Assembly: GCF_009914755.1 (NCBI RefSeq) | Contig: NC_060926.1 | From: the human T2T-CHM13v2.0 reference genome, Homo sapiens | Direction: 5' to 3' (one strand) | Length of the DNA: 64,000 bases | Part shown: positions 56,106-64,000 of the stretch, in pieces | How the letters are laid out: the number at the start of each line of letters is the position of its first letter | How positions within the stretch are numbered: the stretch's first letter is position 1 | Notes under the pieces: model-generated | The model's input: the letters and a program-made list of their open reading frames with translations, nothing else | Databases searched by the model: none | What the model was told of the DNA's origin: nothing | Made by a program: the position numbers and the translations under genes

Positions 56106-57801
56106 TTGGGCTTCTGTTGCAGGCTCAAGGCCTAGGCCCATGACAATATATTAATATTGGTTATCTCCAAGCTCCTCTGGGATAGTGGTCCTGTTATCTA
56201 CCTGGGAAATAGGAACACTTTCAACACTCATTTAGGCTGGACTCTAGAGAAAGTAAAGTAGGCGACAACTTGTGCAGTGTGATTGGAAGTGAATCAGAAA
56301 GCCCCATCTCCCCATTGCTACCTACCAAAATATATAAAACACTTTCAACATCCAGGAACAGGACTCAAATTTCACCTTTATAGATATATCCCTTTTCTTT
56401 CTACCAGATTCCAATTAATAAAAAACTAAAGCCTGAGCAGTTAAGTCCTCTAGTCAGTTCCCACAATTAAGGGTGATTATTTTTGAAGATGTTTAGCTGA
56501 GATTCCCAGACTCCTGGGACCAGTTCCAGGACGGAGGAGCACTGAGATGGGGGAATCTAGTAGGATGAGGTGGATGTACCCTTACCTGCCCCTCAATGCA
56601 AATGAAGCCTGAATCACTTCCACCAACACCTCCCTACTCTTGCCTGAAAGTTAGCCTAGGGCCTTTCTCTTGGGTGACCAGTTAGACTACTCCCCAGGGC
56701 AACTGGAGGGATGCTAATATATTTCCCCTTGGGGGAGGGGTAGGATATTCTCATGTTTTAGACTTGGGCACAGACACCAAGTCCCTGGTCTTCTGGTGCA
56801 GCAGATCTGAGATTCCTGGCTATTGCCTGATGTCTTTCAAGCAGCTTCACTTCTTCCTTTGACTTCTTTCAGTCCTGATCTCCCATACAAATAACATCTG
56901 TCTTTCATGACTGGCATAGGCTGTAAGCTTATTTTTAAGCACAACTCAAAAGCATTGATTTCACAAAGAAGTATAAAGCTCAAGGTGAAATAGCCTTTGC
57001 TATTCTGAGAGATCACTTCTTCTGCCCCTACAAGAGTAAATCAAAATTTTTGTTTTCCCCCCTGAGGTGAACTAGTTGGAGGATCCAAAGGTCCAGGCCC
57101 CTAAAAAACCCTTCTCTTTTTAGTTCAAGTCACATGCTAATGTGTCAACTCATTCGCCTGGAGCTAATACTTAGCATTTTGCATTTGGTTTTATAGAAAA
57201 TGCATAACTGTCCATAGCTTCACTTCTTCCTTTGACTTCTTTCGATCCTGATCTCCCATACAGATAACAAGAGCCCGGGTGAGGGGAGAGTTTTAGTAAA
57301 CTTCCAAAAACAAATAAAGATGAGAGACTGTGTTTATGTTGTATTCAATATTTTATGAGCTAAAAATAAAAATTAAAAAAATGTAGCTTATCCCTCTAAA
57401 AGCAACAACATATAGAAATATCAAAATATTGATTTAACAGTGAAGGCCTGGTTCAGGGGAAAGAGGTGGGTAGAGTAGAGCTCTGTAGCATGTGGAAGGC
57501 CAACTTTCCCTGCATCTAACCCTCCTCTTGGTTCTTGGGCCAAGACATGCCTCTTCTAGTTCAGGAAGCCAGAGAATGCATCATCAGAGTTTGGGCCAAC
57601 AGGAATTTCTGTCCCCATCCTGGACAGATTTACTTTGCTTTGCTATCACTAAGGATTTTAAGTAGATTGATCTTGCATCCCAGCTTTTCTGGGACTGTGT
57701 CCGTTTATGCAGTGACCCCTTTCACTCTCAAGAACGTCTCCACTGAGACCATAAATTATACATTATCCTAGCTATTCATGGAAAAAGAGACGAGAGAAAA
57801 A

Positions 57802-58106
57802 TTTTTTATTTTTATTTTTATTTTTGAGATAGAATCTCACTCTGTCGCCCAGGCTGAAGTGAAGTGGCACATCTCAGCTCATTGCAACCCCCACCCACCA
57901 GGTTCAAGCGATTCTTGCGTCTCAGCCTCCCGAGTAGCTGGGATTACAGGCACCCACCACCATGCCTGGCTAATTTTTGTATTTTTAGTAGAGATGGGGT
58001 TTTGCCATGTTGGTCAGGCTGGTTTCGAACTCCTGACATCAAGCGATCCACCCTCCTTGGCCTCCCAAAGTGTTGAGATTACAGACATGAGCCACCGCAC
58101 CTGGCC
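57802..58106 (-). mobile_element. AluS
   Basis: (TTTTTA)n tail then reverse Alu; degenerate TSD gagagaaaaatt / gagaaagaaatt. Confidence 0.95.
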
Positions 58107-58176
58107 GAGAAAGAAATTAAGCTCTCTTTTTGTCTCTAGATTTGGGGATTGTGGTAAGGTGAGTCACATGCTATCC

Positions 58177-58480
58177 CAGAGGTTAGCAAACTTTTTCTAT
58201 AAAGGACCAGATAGTAAATATTTTATGCTTTGTGAGACAGACAGGCTTTGTTGCAACTACTTAACTTTGCCATTGTGGAGAAGGTGGCCACAGACAATAT
58301 GTAAGCAAATGAGTTTGGCTATTTCCTAACTAAACTTCATTTATGGTCACAGACATTTGAATTTCATATAATGTTCATGTGTCACAAAATAGTTTTCTTC
58401 TTTTGACTGTTTTTCCACCATTTAAAATGTAAAAACCATTCTTAACTTGCGGGCCAGACAAGGCCTGCAAATTGTAGCTG
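58177..58480. mobile_element. MER58B hAT-Charlie element
   Basis: cagaggttagcaaactttttctataaaggaccagatagtaaatattt...tttgaatttcatataat. Confidence 0.85.
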
Positions 58481-59983
58481 CCTTGTGCTGTTTCAGCACC
58501 TTACTGAATGCATTGGGTACTGGTGAACAAGCCCCTCGCTCCCCTCCGGGGGCTGGTTCTCTGCATACATTGGGTATCATCATCATCAACAACATTTACA
58601 TTTATATAGCCTGAACACACACATGAGGTCTGAGAGCTTTAGAGGTGGGAGAAACCTTATCATCTCTGCAGCGTTCAACCACCGAGCAAGCGATGATAGG
58701 TGAGATGTATCATAAGTAATTTGCTACTGATAATAAACTACCAAAGCTTGCAGGTGATTTATGCCTGTTTATAAGTTAGAGAAGATTTGATGCTGTTGCT
58801 ATAATAATGCTATTCTCCCTCACTTGCATTTGCCTTCTCCAGGTAGGAGATGGGGTCTGCTGCAAGATGACTAACAGGTGAGGGTCACAGGCAGGACAAA
58901 CTGCCGTGAATATACCAGAGCTGTGTGACCCGTGACAGGAGAAGTTGGAGGATCTCTAGTCCTACCTCATGGGGAAAAATCTTCACAACAACCCTGCAAG
59001 GACAGGTTCAGGAAAAGTGTGGTGGTCCTGAGTTTGTACAGTGATGAAATCGAGGGCAGAGAGACCAACAAGCTTCCTCAAGTTTGTACAGCTTATGAAC
59101 AGCAGAGCTAGAACCATAAGGCAGGTCTTTTGGGTCCCGAAATTTGCAGGGTTTGCTATGACACACTCAGAGAAACCTCAAACACTCACAGCCTGCTGTC
59201 TTTAGGCTCTGACCGGACAACAATATCCAAAATCATTGGCTAACTCCACTGCTATTGTATAGAGTTGGGGCCTTCTCGTTCATGGTTACAGCTCGGGAAG
59301 TTACACTATCCCCATTTTATGGATGAGTAACTGTATTTTCAGAATGCTATTACCTAGATCAAAAGAATCTAATGAACATTTAGAGACCTGGCATAAAGTA
59401 CTTTCATAAGTCAGAATCAGCTGCCAAGGGAGTGGGTATCCCTGTGCCAGGTGGAAGCACTTTGGCAGAAAGGAAAGTAAACAGTGAAGTCCCCTCTAGC
59501 ACGCTTGTCAAATTGCCATTCTAAAAGGGCTTTGGAGGTCATTGTGTCAAGCTCTCTGTGTGCCAGGGAATAAGAAACTATTGAGCATATTAGGGGAAAG
59601 TCACCCCTGGGACACTGCCCACCCACAGCCAAAGCTAGTTTGTCTGGCTTGTCATCAAATGAACTTCTCCACCAGCCAACACTTGAATACATCTCCAGGG
59701 CCATGGGAACGGATATGCATAATTCTTCCAGAGGCACACTAAGAAGAACAAATAAATTCCTAATCACGCAACTATTTAATTTCTCTGAACATTCTTCTGA
59801 ACATAGTGTTATTGGTAGCTTTATTATATTTTAATTGATTGAAAACGGGTCACTAATTTGTATTGCATTAATTACTCTACAACGGTCTACCCAAATCATG
59901 CATGGTTCCGCGGCTTGTTTTCAGTTGACCATTTTTAAAGGTTAAAAAAATTTTTTACCTTCAAACTCAAGTTCACGTTCAGT

Positions 59984-60771
<788 letters not shown>

Positions 60772-62217
60772 CAGTACCCCCATATTAAAACAAAACACCA
60801 GTTCTGTCTAAACCAATTTCATTTATCAGGTCCTTCAGACTTCCTCATTCTGACGAACTAAATTCTTCATTCTTTCCTTTTAGTCCCTGGAAAGAAGTTC
60901 AAAGATTTAAAGCTGCTCTTGAATTTGGGATCTTAAAGACTACTTGGCTTTTGGAAGCATCCGGGCAGCCACAGCCAGGATGGTAAACAAGGGAAGCACC
61001 GAAAGCAAGACAGAGGGCTGGACGTAGGCAAGTGGGCATGGCCACCTCCCCAGTCACACCCCAGGGCCGTGAAACATTAAGGCTGATGACTAAAAAGAGG
61101 GAAGAATATAAAACGTCAGAGGAGCCCAGGTGAAGGCTGGGCTCTGCCAGAATTTAAAGAGATGGAAATAAACATAGAGCTCTAAGATGGCATTTTGAAT
61201 TTTTCTCACTAAAGGTCAGAGAGAAGAGGGAGGCAAGGAGTGACAGCAGGGCTAACAACGAGAGAGAAATGAAAGGAGAGAGGGGGCCTGGTAAGACAAG
61301 GAAGGAAAAAGAAAGTTTTTACAAAAATAATCAACGTATGAAGTCCTGGTCACGTAGATTACATCATCATCCCTGAGTGGCAGAAGCGCCCTCTAATTCT
61401 CGGTGTCGTCAGAGCTGAGACAGACCTTCTGGGCCGTCACTGGCATCTTTCAGCACCTGAGTTCATTCTGGGTTTTACTCTTTCTGTCGTCTTTCTCATG
61501 AGTCCGTCTTTATTCTTTTCGGCTTGAGATCCCTTGTTGCCAATCTTAAGATCACTCTCTATCTCAGGTACAAAGTCAAGGCTACCCACATTGAAGGCTG
61601 GGGGTATTGTCACTGGAGAACCAGCTCCCCAAAATCCAGATGACAGTGCTTCCGGAGGGGCCTGGGGGATGGAGTGAGAGTTGGGCAGTGGCAGGACCCT
61701 GAGTCGCCAGCAGCTGATGGCTTCTGGGGTACTCAGCGGGTCCCAGAGCACCTTTCTGCTCCCTGCGGGTCTGACTCTCATATTCCTCTTAATCCTCATC
61801 CTTTGTTCCTGGAATACCACCAGGCCCACCCTAGCCTGAGACCCAGCCACATCACCTGACTCATTGCCACTCCGAGGAGCTGGTCACAAAGCCCTGTGTG
61901 CTCTGGGGTCCAGCTCTCTGCTTCTCTCAGATCAGGCCTGAGCTGACCACACCAGCCCTCTCTGCTCCTTAGTCCATGCTGGCTCAAGCAGGCTGCTTGG
62001 AGTTGCAAAGTATCCCTCTCGCCTGAGCTCTTGGGGCACAAACTTGGTGGGAGAAGGGAGTGAAAGAGTTGTTTATTCTTTCCCTCTACCTGGGAAGAGG
62101 GATGCTGGAGGCCACAAAGCCTCCTTCTCCTCACTTCCTGGCTAGTTTTCATGTTGGGAGGTCAGATAAGTTGAATAACTTATGAAACTGGAGAAATAAC
62201 CCTTCTCCTAATATCCC

Positions 62218-62609
62218 TATAGTGTGTTAAACAGTGTCCCTCAGAAAGATATGTACTAGTCCTAACCGCTGGTACCTGCAAGGGAGACCTTGTGTGGTAA
62301 CAGCGTCTTTGCAGATGTAATTAAGCTTACATGGACTGTAAATCCAAAGAGAGGCAGGAGAAGAGATTTGAGACCCAGGGAAGACATACATATGAGGAAG
62401 GAGCTTGGAGTCCTTCTGCAAGTCAAGGAGCTCCAGGAACCACCAGAACTGGAAGAGGCAAGAATGAATTCTCCCTGGAGTCTTGGGAGGGAGAATGGCC
62501 CCGCTGCAACTTGACGCTGGCCTCCAGAGCTGCGAGATAATACATTTCTGCTGTTTTAAGCCACCCAGTTTGCGGTCATTTGTTGTGGCAGCCCTAAGAA
62601 ACTAGCACA
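62218..62609 (+). mobile_element. MLT1C-like MaLR solo LTR
   Basis: aagatatgtactagtcctaacc...tctttgcagatgtaattaag...ttttaagccacccagtttgcgg...gcagccctaagaaactagcaca. Confidence 0.85.
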
Positions 62610-63525
62610 TGGCCTGAAGCAAATACCACCAATATCAGAATATCTTCTGTTGCCATACATTGGACAGAGGGGTATGGACTGGGCCTCACGAGTTCAGACA
62701 AATGAGTCCACAGGTTACGTTACGCCAGTGCCTGGCTGGCATGTGGGGTGAGAGCTTTGGATGAAGCCAACGTAACATTGGTCTGTGAAGGGGCCTTGGG
62801 GATTTTGTGGGAACAAAGGATAAGGATGTCAGGAGGTCAGAAAAGTCCCAGAAGAGGGATGGCTGGAGATGATTTCCAGTATCTTAAAGGCTCGACCATT
62901 GCCTATGGAGAAACAGGGAGTGAAGAGATGCAGGCAGACTAGGATTTCTCACCCTAGGACGTAGTTTCCCTGAGAATGAGGGAATTGACCCCTCTTCACC
63001 GGGATCACTACCTGACACTGCCTTAGAGACCCTGTCCCCTTTCATTCTATACCCTGTATTTCCCACTGCAAAACTTGTTTCCAGAAAGCTCCTAAGGACC
63101 TACAGGAGGTCCCCAACTCTGACAGAGCAGAAAATCACAGTCACCTTAGAGGGAACTCTAGGGCTATGCACCTGAGAAGAATATTGGCCGTTAGCCAAGC
63201 ATTCTTTAATTCAAAGAAAACCAAAACACAGTGAAAGAAAGATGTCACTCTGCATTTAGGGATGTGATGAACACAGTCATTAAATGTAGAAACCAAAAAG
63301 TTCAGAAGTATAGCAGAATCTTGCTCTTTTTACTTCCTCTGATATCCTATGTGACTATGGCAAACCAGTGTATTCTTAGGACAAGCTTCTCTATAGTCAA
63401 TGCTGTGAGTGTTGAGCTGAAGCTGACAGTACCAGCTTTTAAAGTTGATTGTGACATTTTCAGGAACTTTGAAAGAAGATTGTTAAATACAGCCATTATT
63501 AAAATATACGAACTTACAATTAAAT

Positions 63526-63738
63526 CAGTGCTTCTCACTGGGGGTGATTTTGTACTCCATGGGACATTTGGCAATATCTGGAGAGGTTTTCTTGGTTTTT
63601 ACAACTGAGGATTTTACTAGTATCTAGTGGGTAGAGGCCAGAGATTCTGCTAAACATCCTATAATCACAAGGCAGACCCCCCAAAACAAAGAATTATCCT
63701 GCCCAAAATGTCAACAGTAGTAATGTTGAAAAATTCTG
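63526..63738. mobile_element. MER20 hAT-Charlie MITE
   Basis: cagtgcttctcactgggggtgattttg...gggtagaggccagaga...gcccaaaatgtcaa; TSD aattaaat / aattaact. Confidence 0.9.
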
Positions 63739-64000
63739 AATTAACTACATTATATTTTATAAAGGTAATAAATCACTCAAAACTCATCACTTTCCAACTA
63801 TTTACTAGTATCTATGTTTTTGAGGTTAGGTATTTACATGCATATTGTGTCTGTATGGTGGAAATACTATATAAGGGTGTGAGCTGTGTATCTCTTCCCA
63901 ACTCCACATTCGGTAAAATCACGTCAGTAGCTTAAAGTGGCCATGGTGGCAACATTTACACTATGAGTATAGACAAACAGTACAAATAAGGTCTCCTCAC

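Noticed and set aside
58492-58508. TTCAGCACC REST/NRSF left half-sites (also near 61449)
   Set aside because: The GGACAG right half is absent.

Overview
Primate, almost certainly human, nuclear genomic DNA; not prokaryotic. The only protein-coding sequence I can support is one 202-nt minus-strand exon (1497-1698) with canonical splice sites. It translates as (G)[66 protein letters not shown](G), which I recognise as part of the first MAM domain of ALK (exon 4, about residues 318-385). The rest is ALK intron: intron 4 at 1-1496 and intron 3 at 1699-64000. The intron carries a full-length MST (MaLR) provirus, a 5'-truncated MER4-group ERV1, several solo LTRs, about 11 Alus, L1/L2/L3/MIR fragments, hAT MITEs and microsatellites. 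The supplied ORFs are not genes. I found no convincing new multi-gene system. The best leads are: an ancient ~112-bp mitochondrial ND5 insertion (NUMT); several short paired or templated duplications of unique DNA; a very young AluYk-like insertion; repeat-free stretches rich in E-box/GATA/homeodomain motifs (candidate ALK enhancers); a UG-repeat-flanked candidate poison pseudoexon; a palindromic MER53; and a near-complete antisense bias of LTRs. Repeat subfamily names come from recalled consensus sequences and need RepeatMasker/Dfam confirmation. Boundaries of old repeats are approximate.
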